Of a DNA stretch of 64,000 nt, positions 12,811 to 25,195 are shown piece by piece; positions within the stretch are counted from its first letter, which is position 1, and every line of letters starts with the position of its first letter. This DNA is from Octopus sinensis (Eukaryota). The notes beneath the pieces are model-generated. The model did no database searches, was not told where the DNA came from, and saw nothing but the letters and a program-made list of their open reading frames with translations. Made by a program: the position numbers and the translations under genes. The DNA lies in the NCBI RefSeq assembly GCF_006345805.1, contig NW_021834487.1, forward strand, positions 124,001-188,000. The letters run 5' to 3'.

Positions 12811-13030
12811 GGCGGCGAGCTGGCAGAAACGTTAGCACGCCGGGCGAAATGCGTAGCCTTATTTCGTCTGCCGTTACGTTGTGAGTTCAAATTCCGCCGA
12901 GGTCGGCTTTGCCGTTCATTCTTTCGGAGTCGATAAATTAAGTACCAGTTACGCACTGGGGTCGATGTAATCGACTTAATCTGTTCGTCTGTCTCCTCTA
13001 TGTTTAGCCCCTTGTGGGTAATAAAGAAAT
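12811..13030 (+). mobile_element. SINE family B (tRNA-like head), reference copy
   Basis: ggcggcgagctggcagaaacgttagc...gagttcaaattcc (B-box-like) and a central domain ending gtcgataaattaagtaccag. Other copies at about 6990-7160, 10790-10915(-), 12220-12400, 25260-25440, 27388-27700, 53100-53220(-) and 56585-56783(-). Confidence 0.85.
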
Positions 13031-13854
13031 ATATCTATCTATCTATCTATCTATTTATTTATCTATCTTTGTATATGTATGTGTGCACGTACATATGTGT
13101 GTGTGTGTGTTCATATGAGCGCACACAAACACATATACAGAAATAGATAGATTGATAGATAGATAGATAGACAGACAGGCAGACAGACAGACAGAAAGAT
13201 GGAGAAAAGGACGTATGTGTGCATGTGTGTGTGAGTGTGTGTGTGTGTGTATTTGACTGCATTTGTGTTTATTCTTCGAAAGTCAAATAATTCAAATCGT
13301 GTACAAACATCACGTCACCATTACCGTATCTCCTAACCTGACCATTACTCAGATACATGTCTTGGAATCTAGTGTGGAAAATTCACTATTACAATGTCTG
13401 TCATCGCTTTCATTCAGCCAAAGAGACAGCCTCAATACAGGAGTTTGATTGTCTGACATTACCAGCTAAATCTCCTGTAAACAGTACCCAACCTTCTTAA
13501 GATAACGTAAGCATAGATTACATTATGAATGAATAAAAGACAGCACAGAAAGCGCTGCAGAACCAGGGCCAGACTGCTGACAAAATATCTTGATACTTAT
13601 ACCACTGCCATCACCGTCATTAAATGCGTGATCGTACCTTAGCTAAAAATACTAAAATACAATCACAATTAGCCGCCTCATCGCGCTTGTTCAGCCTGCA
13701 AGAAATAGAAGCCAAATAATAATCAAATCCCAATTCAACATTTTGATAAAGGACATAGTGGACAGCAGCATCAGCAAAATTATGAATATACCAACGCGGC
13801 TATGATCCAACTGGGGAGATAGTTGACGATCGCGTGAATTGCTAGGAACACTTT

Positions 13855-14062
13855 CTACTATAGGCGCTAGGCCTGATATTTTTGGAGAAGGGGCCAGTCG
13901 ATTTCATCGACCCCAATACTCAACTGGTACTTAATTTATCGACCCCGAAAGGATGAAAGGCAAAATCGACCTCGGCGGAATTTGAACTCAGAACGTAGCG
14001 GTAGACGAAATGCCGCTAAGCATTTCGCCCGGCGTGCTAAGGATTCTGCCAGCCAACCGCCT
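13855..14062 (-). mobile_element. SINE family B copy
   Basis: Reverse complement of the 12811-13030 element. Confidence 0.85.
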
Positions 14063-14522
14063 GAAAATTGCTAGAAATACCAACAGAATGCAGCCTCAAA
14101 TCACTCCGCTAGTCAGCAAATCGAAACCTATCCAGATGACCTAGAAATCAGCCTCCACAATTATAGGCTTTTATATAACTGTTTAAGAAATTAACTGTCT
14201 TCGTTCTTACCAGCAACAGAAGACGACAAATCCAAACATGCATAACAGCTCACTAAAATGAAGATTCCATATTTACAGGAGACAAAAAAATGGGAGTTAA
14301 CCACTATACATCCACCTTATTCATTGTACACCTAGGAGAGTATATGAAACCTTATGGCGCAGCCGTTTTGGAGTTATTTTGACATCAGACGTTTTAATGT
14401 CTCTCTCTCTCTCTATAATGGTTCTCTAGCTCTAGCTCTCCATTTCGCACATATATAAACATATTTCTCTAAGTGTATGATGAGCAGGGAAGTTTTAATA
14501 TTAAAAAATTGCAGCTTTACTC

Positions 14523-14567
<45 letters not shown>

Positions 14568-14739
14568 TTATCTCTCTTTCTCTCTTTCCTTTTTTTCTCT
14601 CGAGTTCTCTCTCCCTCTAAGCATCTCTTTCGCATTGTGTGTGTACCTTTACCTCTAGTACTGCCACCAAAACAGATTGAAAACAACTAGCAGCGCCCAA
14701 ACGTCTCACTCCACCTAAAAGATATAATAAAAATACATA

Positions 14740-15170
14740 GGCGCAGGAGTGGCTGTGATAGGCGCAGGAGTGGCTGTGTGGTAAGTAGCTTGCTAACCAA
14801 CCACATGGTTCCGGGTTCAGTCCCACTGCGTGGCATCTTGGGCAAGTGTCTTCTGCTATAGCCCGGGCCGACCAATGCCTTGTGAGTGGATTTGGTAGAC
14901 GGAAACTGAAAGAAGCCTGTCGTGTATATGTATATAAATATATGTGTGTGTATTTGTGTGTCTGTGTTTGTCCCCCTAGCATTGCTTGACAACCGATGCT
15001 GGTGTGTTTACGTCCCCGTTACTTAGCGGTTCGGCCAAAAGACCGATATAATAAGTACTGGGTTTACAAAGAATAAGTCCCGGGGTCGATTTGCTCGACT
15101 AAAAGCGGTGCTCCAGCATGGCCACAGTCAAATGACTGAAACAAGTAAAAGAGTAAAGAGTAAAAGAGTA
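14740..15170 (+). mobile_element. SINE family A copy with a duplicated 21-bp head
   Basis: ataggcgcaggagtggctgtg occurs twice in tandem, followed by the full family A body. Confidence 0.9.
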
Positions 15171-15718
15171 TATGTTGCATAAAAAGAATCCAAGTAATTA
15201 TAGTTGCCAAATTTGATTAAAACATATGAACAACAGTTGTGTACGAACGATAAATAAATTCCTGAAAGACAAACTTGGTCCTACTTCGGTCCCTCCATGA
15301 GGGAAAACACACCTGATACATACGTCACACTTACACGTTAATTCTACAAGTAGGAATTCTGCTATATGAACAAATTGAATGCTCATCATAGAGACCGACG
15401 GAGAATCCATCCTTATCACCACGAACACGAACACCTCAACTGCTATCAATATCCCCACCACCATCACCACTAACAACAACGACAATTTTTAAGCGTACGG
15501 ATACCCCGTTCATTCCCCACCCCATGTGATAACATCAGAAAGTAATTGTCTTATCAGTTTCAACTAACTTTAATGTCTACAACGTAAACATTGTTAGATT
15601 AGATTCCACTACAGTGTGATAAGGTGGGAGTGGATGTATATGCATGTATGTATGTATGTATGTATGATTGCGTGCATGCATGTATTTATGTATATATCTC
15701 TCTCTCTCCCCTCTTTCT

Positions 15719-15808
<90 letters not shown>

Positions 15809-15878
15809 ATATATATGTCTGTATGTGTATATATCAAACACATGTGTGTGTGCACGCGTGGGTATTTGTATCTATATA

Positions 15879-16370
15879 CAGTTGCGGCCAAAATGTTCAG
15901 AACGGCATTGTTTTCGTCAGAAAAGTAAGTATAAGTTTTTATCAAAGTAGTTTTATATTCTATAATCTTCATAGACAATAAATACAATATTAATTGTTAT
16001 TGTCTGAGATTCTGGTGTAATTTGAGAGGATAATGCAAAAGTTATGGATGATTTAGTGATTTACTACAAAACCCATGGCGGCCAAAATGATCAGAACGGT
16101 TGCTTTTACTCCGTGTTTTAATATATTTAACCGGCGAACCCTAATGTTTTGAATTTGTTTACCTGAAGGTTCGTTTACTATACATTAGTAAGAATATTTG
16201 CAGTGTACTTTGTTAATATCCTCTCAAATTACACCAAAATCTCAGGCAATAACAAATAATATCGTATTTATTCTCTGTGAAAATTATAGAATATAAAACA
16301 ACTTTGATAAAAACTTATACTTACTTTTCTGACGAAAACAATGCCGTTCTGCACATTTTGGCCGCCACTG
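15879..16370. mobile_element. Tc1-type MITE with long terminal inverted repeats and TA target duplication
   Basis: TA-cagttgcggccaaaatg...cattttggccgccactg-TA, with ~165-bp imperfect inverted arms and an internal direct copy of the terminal motif at ~16077. Confidence 0.9.
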
Positions 16371-16409
16371 TATATATATGTGTGTGTATGTGTGTGTGTA
16401 TGTGTGTAA

Positions 16410-16469
<60 letters not shown>

Positions 16470-17062
16470 CCTTTTATTCTTTAACATGTTTCATCTATCA
16501 AATTCGCTCATAAGACTATGGTTGCAACGAGACTGGAATACAAGACACTTGCCCAAGTTGCCATGCAGTGGAACTGAACATAAAATCATATGGTTGAGAA
16601 GCAAGCTTCTTACCACACACCCACGCCCGTACGTGCATGCGTATGTTTTGGTATATATAAATTCAACAATATACAGAGCCAAATATTAATCCAGTAAGTA
16701 GACTGGTATTTCAAGTGGCATAGCACATTCACTCGACGGTGCCAATAAAACGTAGAATAATATAGTGGGAAGAAGTCAATAGAAAAGTTAAAAGTAATTT
16801 TCTTAAATAGTTATCGCAGCTTTTCTCTTAATCTTAATCTTTCCCTTATCAACAAACAAACAACGTTGTCCGTTGTTAATTTCTTTTCGTACTATTATGT
16901 CCCTGGTGGTTTAGTGATCTTCAAGTGCCGTGTTAAGATGACCTGCGCATAGTCCATAATTCATCAATATTTTAAATGCTACGTATAGGTCATAGTAACA
17001 CGGCACTTACAGATCAATATATCAATATATATATATATTATGTATATATGTATGTATATGTA

Positions 17063-17117
<55 letters not shown>

Positions 17118-17310
17118 ATATATACATACATATATTTATACATACATATATATATACATACATATATATACATGCATATATATACATATATATATACATA
17201 TATATACATATATATATACATATATAGGTATACATATATATATATATTATATATATATATATATATATACATATATATACATTCATATATGTACATATAC
17301 ATACATATTT

Positions 17311-18830
17311 ATCCTTAAATCCTTTAAAATGCTTCAGCCTGAAGGCTGCGGCCATGCTGGGGCACCACCGTTGAATGAGCTACACTAGTATGTGAAACCA
17401 CCTCTGAGACGTGGCACTTGATCAACAAGGGAGTTCGACGCCGCTGGCCGCATCTGTGTTTCCTGCCGAGAGGTAGGTTCATCTGGAACCCCTGACAAGA
17501 AGAGATCCAGTTTACTTTTAAAGAAACCCACATCCACACCATGCAGGTCTCTCAGGCATTTAGGAAGGTTATTAAAGAGCTGTGGTTCCCTGAAACCCAA
17601 GCTGTTGTAGTATCTGGTCCTGTATTTTGATGGTGATGTTGGGATCTTTGGCATCATGCAGTGGCGCCCCGTTCTGCTGTTGGGGTAACTTTCAATGCCA
17701 ACATTTGAGACAAGACCCTCTAGGATTTTCCAGATGTATATCACTGAATATCTCTCCCGCCTTCGCTCCAGGAAGAAGAGTTTTAATACTTTCAATCTTT
17801 CCCAGTAGCTGATATGTTGCATTGAGACGATCTTCTTGGTGCAGCTTCGTTGGATTGCTTCGAGTTCTGCTGTTAACTTAATATTGTGTGATGACCATAG
17901 TTGGGAGCAGTAGTCCAAGTAAGTGGCTGAGGACGAATGTCTTCCAAAGGACCATCAATGTTTACTTCTCTCTTGTTCTGAAATTTCAGAGAATCCATCC
18001 AGCTAGCCGTCTGAATTTTATTACCAAATTAGTAATATGCACTTGGAAAGATGCTTCATTGCTCATGTCAATGCCCAGGTCACGCACTGATTTTGACACA
18101 GGAATTAAATTCTTCCCGGGTCAGTGTATCCGGTCTGCATGTCGTTCACCTTTGTGTGCCGGTAGCGCTGGGCTTGGAACTTCCCTGCATTAAACTGCAT
18201 GTTGTTGTCCTGAGCCCACCTGTATATTGTATCCAACTCTCGTTGCAGGTGTGCAACATTTCCAAGGTTTTGTATTGTGTGAGAGACTTTTGTGTCATCT
18301 GAATAGCTAGCAAGGGTGGCCATCTTAGCAACTGAGGGCATGCCTGAAAGGGCCACTATGAACAGCAGTGGCTCCAAGACAGTGCCCTATGAAACCCCGC
18401 TTGTTATTTGTGTTTTCTTGGAGGTGGCTCCATTGGCCACAACTGCCTGTCTTCTATCTTTTAGGAAGTTGTGCAGCCACTCTCCAAGTTTTCCGCCTAT
18501 GCCGAGATCACGCATTTGTGACAGATCATACCATGGTCGAATTTATCAACAGCTTTTGCAGAGTCGCGATATATTACATCAACACTTGAGTCATTTAGTA
18601 GCAGTTTTAACACCCAGTCATAATGTTGCAGGAGCTGTGTTAGACAGCTTCTACCTGGTCGAAATCTATGCTGGGTGTCAGTCAGCAAATCATTTCCTTC
18701 AAGGAACATGATTAGTTTCTTGCGGACTATTCGTTCCATGACTTTGCTGATGTGTGAGGTCAGAGAGATAGGCCTATAATTTTTAGCATCTGCTCTGCTT
18801 CCTCCCTTATGGACAGGGTATATTATCGCT
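17311..18830 (-). mobile_element. CR1/Jockey-group LINE 3' fragment (reverse transcriptase pseudogene plus 3' UTR)
   Basis: MERIVRKKL...QHRFRPGRSCLTQLL...DVIYRDSAKAVDKFDH, EPLLFIVAL...SYSDDTK, and DYCSQLWS...LEAIQR...SYWERLKVL; frameshifted. Stop at 17385, then a short tail. Confidence 0.9.
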
Positions 18831-19164
18831 TCTTTCTTTTAATGTTTTGTTCTCACTGGCCTGGTTTTGTTACGACTATCACCCTCCGCAAAAAATCTCA
18901 ATTTTTTAAAAATTTGCTTTGCGGGAAGGATTGTTTTAACGAAGTCGCAGAATAGATAAAACAGGGGACAACTGATCAAGGCAATCTTGCCTGTCTCATT
19001 TCTCTGTTTCTTTCTTTCTTTGTTCGAAAAAAAGTTCGTTTTCTAATTTTGCATACGTTTTTTTTTTATGTCCTGTACCCATATATATGCATGTATATAT
19101 ACATATATATATGTAGGTATATAAATATATGTATGTATATATGCATATATTTATATATATATAT

Positions 19165-19410
19165 ACTCTTTACTCTTTTACTCTTTTACTTGTTTCAGTC
19201 ATTTGACTGCGGCCATGCTGGAGCACTGCCTTTAATCGAGCAACTCGACCCCGGGACTTATTCTTTTGTAAGCCCAGTACTTATTCTATCGGTCTCTTTT
19301 GCTGAACCGTTAGGGGGGACAAACAGACACACAAAAACACACACGCATATATATATATATACGTATATATGACTGACTTCTTTCAGTTTCCGTCTACCAA
19401 ATCCACTCAC
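19165..19410 (-). mobile_element. SINE family A partial copy
   Basis: Reverse complement of the family A tail and central region. Confidence 0.85.
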
Positions 19411-20781
19411 ATATATATATATATATATATATTATATATAATCGATTAAGGATACAGAAGATGGATTTGATGTTAGTGTTTATTGTGTACGACGATCGTT
19501 TCTACCCAATCGATTATCATCTTAAATAACACCGCGAAATTCTTGAAGTAGATCTAACGGATATATATGCCAACTGCGAATGACACCAGGTAGCCCGAAC
19601 CGTGATAGTGTTTTACTCAACACATCAGCACACCAATTGACATATACCCATTAGTCTAAAGAATTGCACACACACGCGTGCGCACACAGACACACACAAG
19701 CACATACGCACTTAGCCATATACGCATTCACGCAGAGACACTCACGCTCAGATACATTGCTTGCTTTTATCGCACCCTGTTCTATGTGTTTCATTATCTC
19801 CCTTACGCACATGTACTCTTCATTATATATTTTTGTTTCCCCTCAATCACGCGGAAGCAAACTTCCTTTCTCGCTCTCACCGTAAACTCCTTAATCACGA
19901 AACCAAATCATTTTTTAACAATCTCTCAACCTTTAAATGTAACCACTCTCTCAGATCTTTTTGCTAAAACTATCGCTCTCACTTATGTTTATCTCGACGC
20001 TTCAAACTCCTCTCTCGCTCAGATACTCTCCCCTTCACTCACTTTCACTTTCCACGCATAACCTCCGTCCTAACTCTCTCTCTCTCACTATCTTCCTCAC
20101 ACGTTCACACTGTCTACTTTTTCACCGCTACTCAATACAAAAAATTCGTTATCTTTGCAAATATCTGTGCGTGTCTCCTCCACTTGGTCTGAAGTAGATC
20201 AGATGACACTTCATAAAGGAGGAATGGACTGAGGCCCAAATGAATGTAGAAGAAGGGGAGGTAGTATGACTAGTGATAGTTGCTGTGTCGTTGTTGGTGG
20301 TGGTGTTGGTAACGAAGATGGCAGTAGCTGCAGTAATAGTATGTTTTTGGAGATGGTAGTCTCGATAGCAATAGGGGTGATAGAGTAGATGGTGCTGTTG
20401 GCGCTGGTAGTCACTCTCGTAGTGACACACACACACACACACATATATATATTTATATGAATAAATGAAAGAATGGAGTCGAACGATAACATAGGATAAT
20501 TCATTCACCTACTTAAATATATATATTTATATGTATTTTTGGAAGCACTGATATTGAGAGTGGTGGTATAAGTATTGCTATTGCTTATGGGGGTGCTGCT
20601 AGGGTTGCCTTTGTCGTAGTAGTGCTCATTATGAATAAAATATGAGAAACATGGAAACAGGTGCATTCCTTGTGTACGGAAAGGTGTTTGAACTCTCTCT
20701 CACACACACATACATACTCACGCACACAAACACTAAAAAACATACCTATGTATGTATGAATATATATATGTGTGTGTGTAG

Positions 20782-20835
<54 letters not shown>

Positions 20836-20987
20836 TATATATAAATATATTGTATCTGTGTGTGTGTATATATATGATGGTCAATATACCTAATAGTAAT
20901 TAATAATATGTTAGTACATTACGTATTATATATATATTATATATATATATATATATATATTATATATTATATATATATTATATATAC

Positions 20988-21018
<31 letters not shown>

Positions 21019-22008
21019 CATATAATATATATATATATAATATATATATATATATATCAGACACAAACACCCGACACACACGTCTCCAGGAACTTAGAAC
21101 CACACTCACAAATAGAAACTATCCACAGCCCCTAATAGACAGTGCAATCCAACGGGTACTTAAATTAAGTATAGAAGACCTGAGACAAACAAAACCAAAA
21201 AAGAAAGAACAATTAAAAACCCTTCCCTACATCTCTACACACAACCCACTCAACAATGAGGCCTTCAACACCATACTACAAAGCACAGCCCTACTAAAGG
21301 GAGACCCAAAGATGAACCGGATCCTCGAAACACACACCATCATTAAAAGTAAACGGCAACCAAAATCCTTGAAAAGGATTTTAACCCAAGCTACACTGCA
21401 CTCAACATCAACCACAAAACCAGCAGTTAGAAAATGTGGAAGGCCCAACTGCGGAATCTGTGTCATCTTGAAAGAAGGATCAGAATTATACTGGAACAAG
21501 GCCACCAGTTCACCATTAGAACAAACTTCACCTGCGCATCAGAAAACTTAATTTACGTCATAACATGCGCAGGCTGCAATAGGCAGTATATAGGCCATAC
21601 AAAAATAGCTTACGTAACAGGATGGCGGTGCATAAATCACAAATTAGAAACCCTGATTACCGCAAAATACCGGTCAGCGGACACATAGATAGATGTGCTG
21701 GAAATGTAAATCCGAAATTTACAACTAACCCGCTCTATAAATTCAGTGACAACGCAACCTTCACACAACGCCAAAATAAAGAACTATATTTCATAAAAAA
21801 ATTTAGACCAAGTTTAAACACCCTGGGCCAGGAATACTAAAACAAAAGATAAGTCCTCCGAAAAGGAGAACCAAATTTCACCACGGCCGCTACTTCAAAC
21901 AGACACTCACTCTGACGGAAATATGCCTTAGTAAAAAAGGAAAAAAATTCTTTCGTGCAAATCTGACCCTGATACATACGATACAGCTAAGGGTCAGACC
22001 CGATTCTG

Positions 22009-22405
22009 ATTGGTCAACAAGTTGATGACGTCTAGCTCTGCTAGAATGGACAGGATACAAACAGGGGACAGTCATTAGTCAGAATATTGATGACGTCCTT
22101 TTCTGCTTGAATAGTCACCTAACAAGTACAGACAGGGGGCAGATCTAATGTAGCTATAAGTCGTGATTGGGCAGAATCTGGATGACGTCCCGCTATGCTT
22201 GACTAACGAAGCGACTGGTCAAGACAGGAAACAAACAAGAGGGAGTTATAATGCAGCGATTGGTCAAAATAATGATGACGTCCCGTTCCACTTGGTTAAA
22301 GCCACCTAACGAAACGATTGGTCAAAACATTGATGACGTCACGCTACGCTAGATTGACCACCTAACAGGCATTATAAAACCGAGCATTTCACAAAAACTC
22401 ACTAG
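22009..22405 (+). promoter_or_regulatory. Putative Pol II promoter: five ATTGG-N12-TGACGTC modules followed by TATAAAA
   Basis: ATTGG at 22009, 22074 (ATTAG), 22166, 22259 and 22317, each exactly 12 nt before TGACGTC. TATAAAA at 22373-22379 and an Inr-like tcact at ~22399. Confidence 0.6.
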
Positions 22406-22577
22406 AACCACCCAGCGAACTTCCACCATGGGTCATCACAATTGCTTTGAACATATACTTCAAACTATATATCAACTATACATGAACTATATATCAACTA
22501 TACATGAACTCTAAGATGTCTGACTCCGTTGTGTATTATAAATGAATTTCTTGTGTTTGACGGCATGAGCTGTCTCT

Positions 22578-22646
22578 TTTTATATATAACTTTTTTTGAT
22601 AAGGTTCATTTCAGGAACTGAAACATGTTATAATGTATATATAAAA
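22578..22646 (+). ncRNA. Variant minimal hammerhead motif (U3-A8) in the PLE 3' region
   Basis: UUGAUAA-GGUUC-auuucag-GAACU-GAAA-CAUG-UU, with palindrome AACAUGUU and distal stem I ttttatatata/tatatataaaa. Confidence 0.5.
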
Positions 22647-22697
22647 ATTAAAAATTGTATAATACAGCAGCATTTTCGAACTTCATTTTTTACAAAA

Positions 22698-22730
<33 letters not shown>

Positions 22731-24029
22731 ATATATAATATATATATATATAAATACACACACAATAGTGCTGGAACCAAATTTCTGACATATCTACACT
22801 TATTACTGTATAAGCACTCATGTAAAAATTTTATATGTATATTCATATACCCACCTCGCCCACACATTCAGACATTTGTGTGTGTGCGTGTGCATACATA
22901 AATATACATAAATATACAAAGCTGCCTACGTTAATTATAAGTCTCAAAATACTAGAAAAGTATCCATATGTGTATTATAAGTATCTGTGTATTCATCTTA
23001 TTATCTCAGAAGCCACACAGGTCGGTCATCGCCCTCACCGCAAATATAAACGTCTCTAATGGTTACAAGATATTACTGATGATGTACCAATCATTTTCTT
23101 TCGATGTTATTATTCTATAGCGTATATCTATAGATTTTACCCATCTATCATATGTAGACAGATACCTGGCCCACTTTTGTTTTCCATGTAGAATATATTC
23201 GATGGTAGAATGAGAATAAGAATATCGCTTTGCAGTCACACGGTTTGAAGTTAAGTCTCTTTGGCCGAGTATCTTCTATAATAACTCTGAGTTGACCAAA
23301 GCCTTCTGAAGGAATTTGATTGACAGAAATTGCATGGAAGCCCACAGTATGCGTGTGTGTGTGAGTGTCTGTGTGTCTGTGTGTGTGTGTCCATTTATAT
23401 ATGAGCGTGTGTGTATTTTTGAGTATGTGCTTGCCACACAGCGTCACCGATTGACAACCAATTTTTGGTTTGTTCAAGCCGTCGTAGCATAGAATTTCGA
23501 CAAAAGAAACTGATTATTAACAGACCATAAACAACCTAAGTTACTGGGGTCCACTTTTTCGAATAGAATGATTCACGGCAGTGCTCCAAAATGGTCGACA
23601 TGTGAACGATATTTTGTAGTCCTGTATAGCATTGAAGCAAAAAACTACTACCTTACTAGTAGTTTATTTATTGGACTAACAGCGAGGAGTGCAGTAGGTT
23701 TGCTAATCGGTCAATGCGATATGCTTTATAGTCAGTTTATAATTAGCATCTCTGTGGATAGTTATATTGGGTACACATTCGTAGACCAGCACAAGATTGA
23801 CACTCTGTGGCACTAACTTAATCAACACAAAACGCAACGAGTCTAACAAAAACAACGTGGTTATAACGCAAACCTCTTGAACATTCAGCTTCTCATTCTT
23901 CTCATACTGTGAGAATTCTATGCTGGTGATTTCTAAAAGGAATGATATAGTGCTATACATGATTACCACTGACTGAAAATTTAAGAATTTCGTAATAAAC
24001 AAAAATTATTCAATATGTGAATTTTATAA

Positions 24030-24415
24030 GGCGGCGAGGTGGCAGAAACGTTAGCACGCCGCGCAAAATGCTTAGGGGTATTTCGTCTGTCTTTACGTTC
24101 TGAGTTCAAATTCTACCAAGGTCGACTTTGTCTTTTATCCTTTCGGAGTTGATAAATTAAGTACCTGTTGCGTACTGGGATCGATCTAATCGACTGGCTC
24201 CCTCCCCCAAAATGTCGGGCCTTGTGCTTAGAGTAGAAAATACTTAAAGCGGCAAGCTGGCAGAAACGTTAGCATGCCGCGCGAAATGCTTAGCTTTATT
24301 TCGTCTATCTTTGTGTTCTGAGTTCAAATTCTGCCGAGTTCGACCTTGCCCTTTCGGCGTCGATAAATTAAACACCAGTTGCGTACTAGAGTCCATCTAA
24401 TCGACTGGGCCCCTC
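24030..24415 (+). mobile_element. Two adjacent SINE family B copies
   Basis: 24030-24240 and 24248-24415 both match 12811-13030. Confidence 0.85.
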
Positions 24416-24819
24416 GCAAATAACTTACCAAAATATTACAAGACTTTTGTCTCAGAACAATCACTTAACGTATATTTAGTTGCTATCTCTAGCAGCTAAA
24501 GTGAGTACGCAGTGTTTCCATTACTGGTTTCTTTACAGGGCATATGGGATTAATATTGAGAAGATTAATTAGAAAAATTATTATAGGTTGAGAAGGGACT
24601 AATTTGATAATAAATATGTCATTGGTTATGTGATTCGAGATTAATTTGGTAATGGCAATTTATTTTAAGAAAAAATAATTTCTATGGAGATACAGTTAAT
24701 TTCAATTCTACAATAATGTTATTAATATTTTTATCGCTTTATCTGATATACGATCTCTTGCCCATGTGTTGCTTTCCACTCATAATATTGATAACAGGGA
24801 CAGTTAGAAATGTGATTAG

Positions 24820-24871
<52 letters not shown>

Positions 24872-24898
24872 TCAGTTTTATATTTAAGAGATGCTCAT

Positions 24899-24969
24899 AG
24901 GCATATTGCGTAGTGGTTAAGAGCTTGGGCTACTAATCCCAAGATTCCGAGTTCGATTCCAAGCAGTGA

Positions 24970-25044
<75 letters not shown>

Positions 25045-25195
25045 CTACAACATCGAAAAATACCTTAGGAATGAGAACCCAGGTTCGAAATTTCCCCAAG
25101 GCACCTGATGAGGGCGGGATGGTATATCAGCCGAAACGTTGTGTTAGCAACAATCAAGATGAGGACAAATATCAGTCAAACGTAAATTATGTATT
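24899..25195 (+). mobile_element. tRNA-headed SINE-like element carrying a hammerhead motif
   Basis: tRNA-like head (tagtggttaagagc A-box; ttggg/cccaa anticodon-like stem; gagttcgattcc B-box), (AAT)n spacer, then an HHR at 25100-25145. Confidence 0.7.
25100..25145 (+). ncRNA. Minimal type-I hammerhead motif
   Basis: GGCAC-CUGAUGA-g-GGC-(14 nt)-GCC-GAAA-CGUU^GUGUU. Stem I is GGCAC/GUGUU, with palindrome AACGUU. Confidence 0.7.

Larger units (their letters stand above)
21060..22690 (+). mobile_element. Penelope-like element 3' fragment: Zn-knuckle/GIY-YIG endonuclease plus 3' UTR (pseudo-LTR)
   Basis: LPYISTHNP...SKRQPKSLKRILT...CGRPNCGIC; NFTCASENLIYVITCAGCNRQYIGHTK (GIY-YIG); ...KELYFIKKFRPSLN, stop at 21840; frameshifted. 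Embedded in (TA)n. Confidence 0.9.

Noticed and set aside
22009-22340. Repeat-spacer pattern superficially like a CRISPR array
   Set aside because: Repeats are short and degenerate, spacing is irregular, there are no cas genes and the context is eukaryotic. Better explained as transcription factor site modules.
24899-24972. Genuine tRNA gene
   Set aside because: The anticodon loop is 8 nt, the acceptor stem is imperfect and there is no poly-T terminator; treated as a SINE head.
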